NCBI RefSeq assembly: GCF_009914755.1
Contig: NC_060937.1
Length of the DNA stretch: 64,000 nucleotides
Reading direction: 5' to 3' (one strand)
From: the human T2T-CHM13v2.0 reference genome, Homo sapiens
The notes under the pieces were generated by a model, which was not told the DNA's origin, ran no database searches, and worked only from the letters and a program-made list of their open reading frames with translations. Shown here in pieces: positions 13,781 to 25,747 of the stretch; the stretch's first letter is position 1; every line of letters starts with the position of its first letter. The position numbers and the translations under genes were made by a program.

Positions 13781-16254
13781 TATATATTCAAAAAACTAAA
13801 CATGATAAATGTATACGATTTTATTTGCCAATTAAAAGAAGTACACTAAAATATGGGAAAAATAAGAGAATAGAATTAAAACTGATATCTTGGGAAAATT
13901 CCAAAAGCCATGTTCCTTAATAAAGAGATTTCTGTAGTTCTCCCAAATTAACCTTAAGAGCACACACATTTTTGGCTTAAAAAATATTTTTGTAGTGAGA
14001 AAGGAAATAGCACTTTTTTATTATTTAGGGAGTAGTAGTGATAAAAGTCTTTTAAAGGAAAAGAGAATTCATGTGATGATAAAAAGGTAGATAAAACTGT
14101 ATCTAGACATTTTAAGCTGGTGGGCTGTGGGCTATGTTTCAGTGTATTGAGTGGAAGTATGCATTCCTCTCAGTGGCCACCATATTCCTATGTCCTTCTC
14201 ATTCATCTCACTCACATACTTACCTGCCTGGCCACTGAGTCATTTAAATTTCACTTCCCTCCACATGATTCCAAATTCTACCATTAACTCCCTACACCTT
14301 CTCAGGCAAGCAACAAGTTATTGTCTTTCAATTTCTTCATGTGAAACTGGAGGGATGAGTGACCCTTCTAGTGCCCTCCATTTCTAGCATAGGGGTTGAT
14401 GGACTGTGCATGGTAGCAGTTTTTAACTTCAACACTTCATGAAAATCAGATTTCGAAATCTGCTTAAGGACATAGGTATAATTTTATTATTGAAGTCACA
14501 ATGCCTTTGAACTTGAAATCTAAAGACCAGGTTTATTTTATCTTCATTGATTGTTTAACTTTGTTATAGTTTGCCATTTAACCATGCCATAACACAGTGT
14601 CTTAATTTACAAAACAGAAAAAAAGTTCCATGTCTATTGAAATTTTGAGAGAAATAAGAGAATCTTAAAAAATTATTTCCACCACACAGACCTGATTATG
14701 TGTTGATTATTCGAGAGAAGATAACTAAATGAGATAAAAAGAAAAAACAGTTGTTCTAACCAGCACATTTAGTTTTGTGTTCTCCTCAATGCCCATCAAG
14801 ACCCTTGGAATTCTTTTTGCTTTGCTCTTGCTCTAAATCTCGTGCCAGCTATGACAACTGAGCCAGTGTGATAAAAATGTTTGCCATCTGTCTTGCCACT
14901 TTGAGAAAGTTACCAATTTGTACTACAAATCAGAACAGCATTTAAAAGGTAGGCTCTGCTGTGTACAGGACAAATTTAATAGGAGAATATATTCTTTGGC
15001 TGATTTGAAATATGATAATCTTCTAATGTCTCCTGTACCAATGAAGAATATGATTTATCCAGGTGGAAGCTAACATCATTTTACAAAATGGCAGGGATGA
15101 GTCATTTGCTATGTTACTGTGAAATACCTTAGCAATGTTAGTGTGAATTACTGCTCAGTTAACATTGTTTACCACCTAATTATTAAGAAGTACCTCGATC
15201 CATCACTGACAACTCAGTAAATGACTCAAGACACTATGATATTTGCAAATAGGACAACAAGGTCATCGCAAGTTTAATTAGACACTATGCATTATGAAAC
15301 AGCAAATGGCCTACGATGAGAAGTAAAATTTCAATTTCTGAATATGCCTTATAAAATGATGGAAAATTGCTCACACATCAGTAATTATAATAACAAATAT
15401 ATGTAATATCATTTAAGAAACTTTTAAAAATTATCATCTGTGATGAGGGATGAGAGGAATTAATTACTCATATGATTACTGAGAGGAACTAATTGCTCAC
15501 AGATTACACATAAGTCAATGTAAGTTGGTTCTAGATTTTGAAATGAATAGTCATCTTCTAGCATTTGGTACAGAGATATCTTTAATATATGACATGTAAA
15601 AATGAGTTTGTAATTCTTTTTGGAATTTGTTTGTGGGCAGATAAAGCAAACCATGGGATCATTCTTTGTTATGTTTGGTTTGACCTGTATTTGCAAATAT
15701 TCTGGAGATTATCCAACGTTTAGACAAAAGTACAATTTCCCAAGTCTAGGAATTGTTCCAGTGTGGATAGTCTATTCCTATATATTTTATGGAAAGGATG
15801 TTAATGTCATTTGCATCCCACCTGATATATTGGGGTGGTAGTCTCTGAAAATAGAGACGAGTAGTGGTTTGCATGAAAGATGAGGTGTAAGAACTCTGCC
15901 AAGGTCAAGACCCTGTGATTAGCTTGCATCAATCAAAATCATCATTTTCAGAGGCCATATGTTTAGGACCTTATATAATAGCTTTCCAAATGGATGAGTT
16001 ATTTCTCACTATTTTCCTTTTCCATTCTTGGAAATGTCAATGATTTTCTTCTCATTCTGTGAATCTTGGCAAATGGGATGAGTATTGTTTTATATAAAGC
16101 ATATTCATATTTAATATTTTGTTTTATTTCAGATGTTATTTAAAATACTTTATTACTTGATTATTTTTATCTTATAAACATGACCTAGGTAATCAGTTAT
16201 AAAATCTTAAAATTCTAAACAATGAACATTAAAATTACTATCTAAAAATGTGTC

Positions 16255-17075
16255 ACATATACTTCTCAAAGAAGACATACAAGTAGCCAATAAACATATA
16301 AAAAAAAGCTCAACATCACTAATCAGCAGAGAAATGCAAATCAAAACCGCAATGAGATACCATTACACACGAGTCAGAATGTCTATCATTAAAAGAACAA
16401 AAGATAACAAATGCTGTCAAGGCTGCCAAGAAAGGGGAATGTTTATACATCGTTGGTGGGAATGTAAATTAGTTCAGCCACTGTGGCAAGCTATTTGGAG
16501 ATTTCTCAAAGAACTAAAAACGGAATTACTATTTGACCCAGCAATCCCATTACTGGGAATATACTCATAGAAAACTTAATCATTCTACAAAAAAGACACA
16601 TGCACTTGTATGTTCATTACCACACTATTTACAATAGAAAAGACATGGAATCAACCTAGGTGCCCACCAATAATGAATTGAATCAAGAAAATATTGTACA
16701 TGTACCCCATAGAATACTATGCAGCCATAAAAAGGAATGAAATCATGTCCTTTGCAGCAACATGTACAGAGCTGGAGGGCATTATCCTGAGTAAATTAAT
16801 GCAGGATCAGAAAACCAAATATCACATGTTCTCACACATAATTGGGAGCTAAACATTGGGTATATATGGACATAAATAATGGAACAATAGACACTGTGGA
16901 CTACTAGAGGGGTTGGAAAGGGAGAAGAGAAGGGCTGAAATCCTACCTGTTGGGTACAATCCAGGTGACAGGATCATTCATATCCCAAACCTCAGCATCA
17001 CACAATATACTTACGTAACAAACCTGCACACGTACCTCCTGAATTTAAAATAAAAGTTGACATTGTAAAACAAAA
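16255..17075 (+). mobile_element. 5'-truncated L1 (L1PA15-16/L1PB type), ORF2 C-terminus and 3' UTR
   Basis: ORF 16250-16570 is the L1 ORF2 C-terminus (KEDIQVANKH..REMQIKT..WECKLVQPLW..DPAIPLLGIY); 3' UTR 'caaacctcagcatcacacaatatac...aataaaagttga'. Confidence 0.92.
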
Positions 17076-17739
17076 AGATAAATATATAACTTGAAATCTA
17101 AAAATATAAAATAAAAATAAAAACATATCACTTGAGACATAAAGCATAACAATAATAAAATTCCTGATCAACTGAGAAATATAGTTGAGAAATAGAGTTG
17201 TACAGTAAAATATGTATTTCAAATAAATTATAGAAAACATATTATTGATTTCTTCACTAAGTCATTACCAGTACAGGAGAACATATTGAAAAAAATCAGA
17301 TGTAGCTTTTGTCTTATCCTTGAGACTGGGACAAAAGTAGGGGCACTATAACATAGGTTTAAGAAGAAAGCAGTTGTTCACTCTCATAACGCACATTTAT
17401 CAAATGTTATTAAACTACAATTTTTTCTTTTCTTATACAGAAGCACTTAGCCATTTCCACTAAGCTGTCTCTTTTAACACTAAACAGGGCAAAGCGGTGT
17501 GTGTATAAATGATTCTGATAATGGTAACTTGCATGGTTCTGCCCTTTTGTGGGGGCCTCTGAGAGTCTGAGTTGGTCTTCTATCATATTCCTCACTGTTC
17601 TTCCAGAGTACTTCTAAATGTAGTAATTTATCTGTATTTTTTCTGTGCCAAAGATAAGTGAAAAATTATTGGCGAATATTATTTACTTAAAAACATTATT
17701 ATATTTCATATGTTTAAACGTTTCACATTTTTGTACTGA

Positions 17740-18053
<314 letters not shown>

Positions 18054-18244
18054 AATAATCATTTTCAATATCAATCATTTTCTACTTACAGCATAAAAAT
18101 AAACATTGAATAATTAATATACACCAGGCTAAATATTTTCACAACTTTTACAAGTGGTACCTGAAGTGAAAATAGAGGAGCAGGCATATGATAGGAGGTA
18201 AACTCAGTTTATTTCATGTCTGGGCACAGAGAATTTTCTACTTT

Positions 18245-18370
18245 ACTGATTTTCAAACTTCGCCTTGCATTAGAATCACTTTGGGCACATGTAAAATGCA
18301 AATATCTGTTCCTTTTCCCTAAGTGTCCAATTTCCTACATCTGGAGTAGGGTCCAGAAACAGGATCTATA
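18245..18370. mobile_element. MER5A-like remnant
   Basis: 'ttcaaactt..ttgcattagaatcac..aaaatgcaaat..ctggagtagggtccag'. Confidence 0.6.
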
Positions 18371-19899
18371 AAGTACTTTAGACCAGAATTACAGAATCTT
18401 GTATATAGGTAAATCAAAGTAAAACTGTCTACAGATACCAATGTACAAAGTTCAATTTTTATTACAGTCTGCTTGGAAGAGTAAAGTATCACAATTTCTT
18501 TGCAATTTTATAATTTTCAAGATGAATTATGAATTATCATAATGCCGTTTATCCTGTCTATTGCCCTAATCAAGTTGTGTTATGAAAGTTAGAGTTTTCT
18601 CATCTCAACATATGTTAGAAGATCACCACTATTATATATTTTAAAACCTTGCAAAATATGTAAGACTAGATGGAATCCAGGAGATTTTTAATAAACTTAT
18701 AATTCGAGTATAGATATTTGTATGCAATATGTTTTCCCCCATAACATAGCTTTGGTTCTAATAAAAAGCCTTGTACATCAATGTAACACTCCTTTGTGGC
18801 ACCAGAATACTTTACAGGTTCTCATTTCTTGCTTTATTTCAGACTATAAATTTATGCTCTTAAATTTTCCTGGGGTGAGAGAACTGATGTCACATAGCCA
18901 TGCAAATACAGACTTTGCTCTTTCTTTTCAGTTCACGTCAAGAAGAGAAATGAAGCAGTATTTTAAAAGAGAAAAATATTATTTTGCTTCATGCTTCTTT
19001 TCCACCAATTAAAACATTATTCTCTTACAGGTGCACCACTGTAAACTCCTGTCACAAGAAAAGTGGATGTCATAATGTCTCTACTAAAAGTCATTATAAC
19101 CCCATTGATATCGTTGTCCTTTGGTTGATATGCAAAAATTCTTAGAATTTTGAATAATTCTATCCTTAGAATAGAACAGTTATTTTACACATATTTTTGC
19201 ACAAATCTGGATTGATTTATTTAACCTGGCCATGTCATGACCAGCTACTTGTCCAATTCAATTAATTAATTAAATTGCAATAGTAATATGTATCTTTTTT
19301 CTAGGCTATATTGCTAACACAATTGTTAGTGGCTCCATCATTCTCCACTGCTCCATTATCCTGTCCTCCAGAACATTTCTATTTATTCTTTTATTCATTC
19401 ATTCATTCGATAATTATGTATTGACATTCTACTGGCACCAGGCACCATTGTATAATCTGGGCACTATCCAAGGCACTGTGTTTCCCTTGATATGTCTCTC
19501 AAACCCACTTCTAACTTTATGTGCCTAGTGGTCCCTTACAAATTTCAGGTTTTTATTTGATCTTTATCACAATAATGTTCAAAAGTCTTGCTTGTTTTAT
19601 CTCATCCATCATCTCAACTCCTTTTCATCCTTTTAACCTTTCCTATACCCTACAACCTTCACCATAGAATAGTGTTTATGATAATATGGTTTAGACTCAG
19701 TGCTTCAGTCAAATTTCAGATTTGCTACTAATTCACTGAGTGATTTTGGGCAAATGAAATAATGTAAAAAAAAAAAAAAGGATTCGGCACAGAGCCATGA
19801 ACAATTAAGCACATGATGAATATATATTTTATATATTTCTATATCTCTTTTATATGATAGCTGTAATTTCAAATTTTCTTTCTAAAGCCCTCATGCAAG

Positions 19900-20620
19900 C
19901 CTTTCATCACATAATTTACATAACAAAACATTTTTCAAAAGGCTCATAGTGCTTACCCAAAAGTTTAAGTCTATTCACATTTGGTATGCTATCTCAATTT
20001 AAAGCCTCTCCCATTTCTCCTCTATCTGAAAAACTTCAATTCAACCCAAAGGTTTTACTTGCCATTTCCCAGAATCCAAGTACTTCTCTGAGTATTTGAT
20101 CTCTTAGTTCCTCTGCCCTTGCAATGCTCTCTTCTCCACCTGTCTAAATTCTGCCGTCCTTTAAATAAAATGAGCATGCCTACCATTGTCTCTATCCATC
20201 CCCACTTGAAATGATATCTCCATCCTCTGCACTGCGAGTACACAATTTTCTGTAATGTTAGATGACAAATATTATCTGGGGTCAGTTATTCTGTTACAGT
20301 CTTGAACTCTTCATTAAAGGTCTATTTTTTGGGTACAGTGTTTACTGCTCAGGTGATGGGTGCACCAAAATCCCAGAAATCACCACTAAAGGACTAATTC
20401 ATGTAACCAAACACCATCTGTTCCCCAAAAACCTATGGAAATAAAAATTCAAAGTCTATTTTTTTCATATTGTATTTTGCATTTCTCTTTGTTATATCTT
20501 GTCTATCCAACTAGTTTATAAATCCATTTAAGGTAGGGCCTGCATCTAATGTTTTCTATCCCCATATCCATCTAGAACAGCATCTTGCTCACAGCAGTTG
20601 CTCAATTCATGATTTTTAAT
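19900..20620 (+). mobile_element. L2 remnant (interrupted by a short L1)
   Basis: Pyrimidine-rich L2 body ending 'ctagaacag..cacagcagttgctcaat'. Confidence 0.55.
20330..20448 (+). mobile_element. Very short L1 (L1PB/L1MA) 3'-end insertion with TSD
   Basis: 'gggtacagtg..tgctcaggtgatgggtgcaccaaaatc..aaataaaa' flanked by ttaaaggtctattttt / tcaaagtctattttt. Confidence 0.85.
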
Positions 20621-20724
20621 GCAGTAAAATAATGAAATTTTGAGATAGAACCAAATATATATGAATTTCTAAGTTATGCACATGTACTTCTATCAATACG
20701 TAAAATATGAGTGAAGGTCAACTT

Positions 20725-21555
20725 CTTTTTAATTGTTTTATTTTTAGAGATTCAGGGGTTATGTATGCAGGTTTGTTACATGGGTGTGTTGCATAGTGGT
20801 AGGGTTTGGGCTTCCAGTGAACGCTGTACCCAATAGGTAATTTTTCAACCCTCATCTCCTCCCACCTTTCTTCCTTTTTTAGTCCCCAGAGTCTGTTATT
20901 TCCTTCTGTTATGTCCATGTGTACACAGTATTTAGCTCTCATTCATAAGTGAGAAGATGTGATATTTGTCTAGTTCTTAGTTATTTTACTTAGGATAGTG
21001 GCCTCCAGCTCTATCCATGTTGCTGTAAAAGACATGATTTCATTCTTTTTTATGGCTGTATAGCATTCCATGGTGTATATATACAATATTTTCTTTAATT
21101 ATCCATTGAAAGTTTCTGAGGTTGATTCCATGACTTTGCTACTGTGACTAGTGCTGCGAGAAACATACAAATGCAGGTGTCTTTTTGATATAATGATTTC
21201 TTTTCATTTGGGTAGATATTCAGCAGTGAGGTTGCTGGGTCAACTGGTCATTCTCTTTTTAGGTCTTTGATAAATCTTCATGCTGTTTCCCATAAAGGTT
21301 GTGTGAATTTACATTCCTACCATCAGCATCCCATAATTATTCCCTTTTCTTCGCATTCTTGCTAACATCTGTTGTTTTTGATGTTTTAATAATAGCCATT
21401 CTGACTAACGTAAGATGGTATCTCATTGTGGTTTGAATTTACACTTCCTGATAATTAGTGATACTGAGCATTTTTTTTTTGTATATTTGTTGGTTACCTG
21501 TATATCTTCTTTTGAGAAGTGTCTGTTCATGTCCTCTGACCACATTTTAGTAGAG
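20725..21555 (-). mobile_element. L1 (L1PB/L1MA type) 3' fragment
   Basis: 'gcaggtttgttacatgggt', 'atccatgttgctg', 'tcttcttttgagaagtgtctgttcatgtc'. Confidence 0.9.
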
Positions 21556-21699
21556 TTCCATTTCTTAATTGCTTTTAGATATTTAAATAAAAAGCAGTGA
21601 TTTTGTTTTCTTCTTATGCCCCAATAAACTATGTGGATTCTCTCACAGCCTGTCAGCCCTTTTTCTATCTTTCTTTGTGTTCCTTAGCTGCCCCCTTTT

Positions 21700-22990
21700 T
21701 GGTATGTACACTTTGTTTCTGTTCCTTAAATATTAGCCTTCCAGGGGTTCAATTCTTGGCCACTGCTTTTTTCAATCTACCCTTCTCTTTCACCCATTCT
21801 AAGAAATTTTCCATCATCTGTATGGCTCCTAGATGTGTAGCTCTAGTTCTTACTTCTTGCATGAGCTCTAGATTAGTTAGATAGCAAATATTTGGAATGT
21901 ATGTTTGCTGACCTTAAGTGCATATTTTTTCTGAGCTTATGACCTCTTTCCCACAACCTGCTTCTCCTTCAGTATTGTTTCTTACCTGGTCATACCATTG
22001 CTCATCTACTCAGAACAACAGACACTTAGGAATCATCCTATTCTCTCTCCTCCCTGAGACTTCTCCACATGCAATCATAAATTACTGATAATTTTACTTA
22101 CAAATATTTTTGAAATAAGTTCCATTTTATATTTCTTTTTCCATTATCTTATTTGAGGTTTTCATTGTTATCTAGACTATTTCGGTCACTTTCTGCTTCC
22201 CCGCCGGCTTTTTTTTCCTGGAAGATTTCACCCTCTGTTTTCCCTTGTGGAAAATGCAGGTTGGACCATGTTTACTCCCTTGTTAAAGCCTTTCAATTTG
22301 TCCCCGTAAACTACCACATACATTTTATGTTTTTTTAGAAAAATGTAGAGGATCCTCCATGATCTATCCTTATCTCTCTTTCCATTCTTATCTCTAACCT
22401 CTTCCCATCTCACTCAGGATACTTTAATAGTGATGATGATGATAATAGTAATTGTTATTATAATGTGAAGAAGAATATGGAGAAAGATGAGAAAGAGAAG
22501 GAAAAAGATTTTTAAAAACCATAATGATAGCAAGTGCTGGATGCTCATCACCGTGCCAATTACTTAACATTTATCATTTCGTTCAAGCCTCACAATCTGT
22601 GAAGTAGGTACTATTTTTTTGTTTGTTTGTTTTATTGATGCAGAGACTATGTCTGCTTGGAAGGCAGAACTCTTTCACTGATGTTCACATAGACAGTAAG
22701 TGAGTAAGCTTATGCAATTACATAAAATCACCGTACTATCCCAGGCCTTGTTGGTTGTTTGTTTATGTTGTTGGTACTATCTTGAATACATTTTCTTCTT
22801 ATCTAGCTTTAACCATCTTTTCAAGGATCAGCTCAGATTTGGTTAAAGGTCCTTCTTCAAAGCATTCAGTTTATAATAAAAACTATGATTTTAGAATTTA
22901 TATTGTTTTAAAATAACTGATTTATTTCAATGCCTCCCCATTAGATTGCACTTTCTTTGAGTGCTGGAGCCATGTCTTAGTTAGCTGTTT
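21700..22990 (+). mobile_element. L2 remnants with an intervening MIR (~22520-22720)
   Basis: L2-like pyrimidine-rich body; MIR core 'cctcacaatctgtgaagtaggtactatt'. Confidence 0.5.
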
Positions 22991-23984
22991 CCACTACTTT
23001 CCCGAGTTATTGAAAGTAAGCATAGATGCAACACATTTGTAAAACAAATTTTATGAAAAGTGGGAAAACATAAGTGTAGTGGTGGAGTAATTATTGTAAG
23101 AAATCTGTAATGGAGAGTGAACATGTAAGTTTTCTGGGAAAATGAGACTACCACTTTCCTTTTAAAATTAGAATCCAAAACTTCCAAGGTTCAGCACAGG
23201 GAGTAAATACTACCTTCAGATGGGCCAAGGTGGCTGACCTATGGTCTGCCCTCTACCTGAGGTTCATCTTCTCCTTGGTGCCTTCTTACTCCCTTGGGAG
23301 CTGCCTTACATTTATTCCCTAAGGGTCATCACATGATCATTTCTGTCCGTCACACTTGGGAGCAAGATCTAGAAAGTAAGGAAACTAGGCTATCCTGAGA
23401 ACATAAACTCTATGAAATCAGAAATTTTTTAAAAAATCACTAGTCTATTCCTCTGCCTATAACAGTGCTGACACTTTATAAGTTCTTCAGAAATATTTGT
23501 GGAATGAATGTTAAATTAAGCCCTCTTTTTCTTGTTTTCTTTTCCCACAGACATGTTGAGATGGTACTTCCAGAATATTTCATTAATTCTTAAAGAATGA
23601 AATAAGAAAAAAAGAGATAAAGCAGCAGGTTTATGAAATATATATTACTGCTTTAATCCCCTTTAACTTATTTCTCCACTCATAGCTAGCTTTGACCCAA
23701 AATCCTTTCCATCAGCTTTCTTATAATAGGCAACAAGTTGGTCTAAATATGGAAAACATGCCTGGCTCCATGTCTGATTTTACACATACGGCACTATCTT
23801 TCACACAATCACCTTGCAACTTCTTCCTAGACTTCTTGTCATCTCTGTCAGCAATTTCCAAAGCAGCATATTCCCACAGTGCAACTTGAATCACCACTAC
23901 CTCTCAGTTCAGATTCTAGATAAGAAAATCCAATTTCTTATGACCGACATCGGGAACATCCTCACATTTGAAATCATGCTAGAG

Positions 23985-25310
23985 ATTTCTAGTTCTAGGT
24001 AAGATGGAGTGAACACACTCCATCCTGTAACTTCCACTGAATACATGCTTAAAAAAAACTTAGAATGCATGAAGCTTCTGTTTGAAGATTCTGAAATGAA
24101 ACAGCAGAAAGTGGCTGGGAGAAGAATAACAGAATTACAGTGTCACTGAACTAGCATGAGTTTACTGTTTTTTATTCTTCTAGAATAAATTCTACCATTT
24201 TTTTTTTAGTTTCTCAGCCAGTGAGAAAGTGGGCACTGGAGTGCAGATAGAATGAGTGTCAAAAGAAGCCCTCAGTTCTGGCTCAAAGAGCAAGAAAGGA
24301 CGCTCATAACACAGAGAGAATGTGGGAATCTTCCATTTATTTTTCGCTTTCTTTACTCCATTCTTCTATATCCCAGGCCCCAGGGAATCCTGTGGTGAAA
24401 GTGGCAGAGACTAGTAACAGGCATCTACAGGAGGCAAAACTCTGAGAGGGGAGACTTTCTCTACATTCAGTGGTCCTATGGTGCAAGAGGGATGAACCAA
24501 TTCCTTTTTTTTCTTTGACTTCCCATCACTTGGCACCAGTTGCAAACACAGCTGCAGAAGTGCACAGCAGAGCAAAGCCTCACCTTTCTAAATAGAAGAC
24601 CAAAATGATGAGTCCCACGAACTGAGGATTATTGAGGAAATCGTGGAGAGAGAAAAATTTGGGAAAGTGATTCCAAAAAGTTGTTAATGAGTGACTCTGA
24701 GATCATGCATGTGAAACCACTTCCATTGATCATACTGAAAATTTTGACATCTAAACAAATACATAAACCAACCCCTATATTTCAGGCATATATGCAGGCC
24801 AGATCCAAAAATCACCACAAAAGACCTAAAAAGCGAACTGGCAGCCCACAGAAGGTGGGGTGGAACTTACAGTCTGAATCTAACCGTATCTGTCTACTCT
24901 TTTGCATATCATTTGCATTTTTTGTCACCATACCTGTCTGCTAAAAAGAAACTACGAATACAGTCTGTAATATTAAGTAGAACCTCATAAAATAATATAT
25001 GTAATATACAATAGGACTCTCATAAAATAAAACTCAAAACATCCAGAGTATAATTCAAAAATATGCAGCATATAAAGAACCAGAAAAATCTCAAATCACA
25101 AGAAAAGACAATCAACATACAGCAATGCTGAAATGACACACACAGATGTTAAAATTATCTAACAAGGACTTTAGAGCAGCTATTATAAAGATGTTGCTGC
25201 AAGCAATCATGACCACTCTTGAAACCAAAAGAAAGCTTTAGGAAATGAATAGAAGATACAAAGAACCAAATGGGAATTTTAGCACCAAAAAATACAATAA
25301 TCAAAATTAA
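23985..25310 (+). mobile_element. Old L1M 5' UTR and ORF1 start
   Basis: 5' signature 'ttctaggtaagatggagt'; ORF1 N-terminal 'gaaatgacaca..aaattatctaacaaggactttagagcagctattataa..aagaaccaaatgggaatttta'. Confidence 0.75.
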
Positions 25311-25728
25311 GTGATTCTATACCCAATGTACAGAGATGTGAATTCATCCTTATAGGCCCACTTTTATAACCATACGTTAAGATAGTGCCATAACCATTAT
25401 ACACATGCAAACACACACACACAGACATACGCACACACACACACACCCCCAACACATGAAATACATGGATACAGAAAGAGAAATGAGAACGTTTTAAGTA
25501 TTTCAAGTGAAAGTAATTAAGAATAAATAAAATCTACATGTTGAAGTTGTTCCCATGATTCATATCTAGCTATCTATGGTGCATATTGTTTTGTAGAATT
25601 AAGCCTGAGTATTTTATAATTTGTGGAGATTGATTATTCTGCACTTAAAAAGTAGAAGCCCATTGTTAAAAAGTACTCTATGTACATAAGCAGCAATTCT
25701 ATTTACAAAGAATTGCCCTAATGTGTCT

Positions 25729-25747
25729 ATTTGCATATCATTTGCAT
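25729..25747. promoter_or_regulatory. Tandem octamer motifs (ATTTGCAT x2, 11-bp period)
   Basis: ATTTGCAT at 25729-25736 and 25740-25747; function not shown. Confidence 0.4.

Noticed and set aside
15098-15228. Pair of AP-1 motifs (TGAGTCA/TGACTCA)
   Set aside because: Several such 7-mers are expected by chance in 64 kb of this composition.
16250-16570. 106-aa ORF
   Set aside because: It is an L1 ORF2 C-terminal remnant, not a host gene.
23524-23552. Strong-looking splice acceptor (also ~853, ~16132, ~19031) and isolated donors (~32216, ~40382)
   Set aside because: None has a convincing partner site or coding frame; such sites are common in AT-rich DNA.
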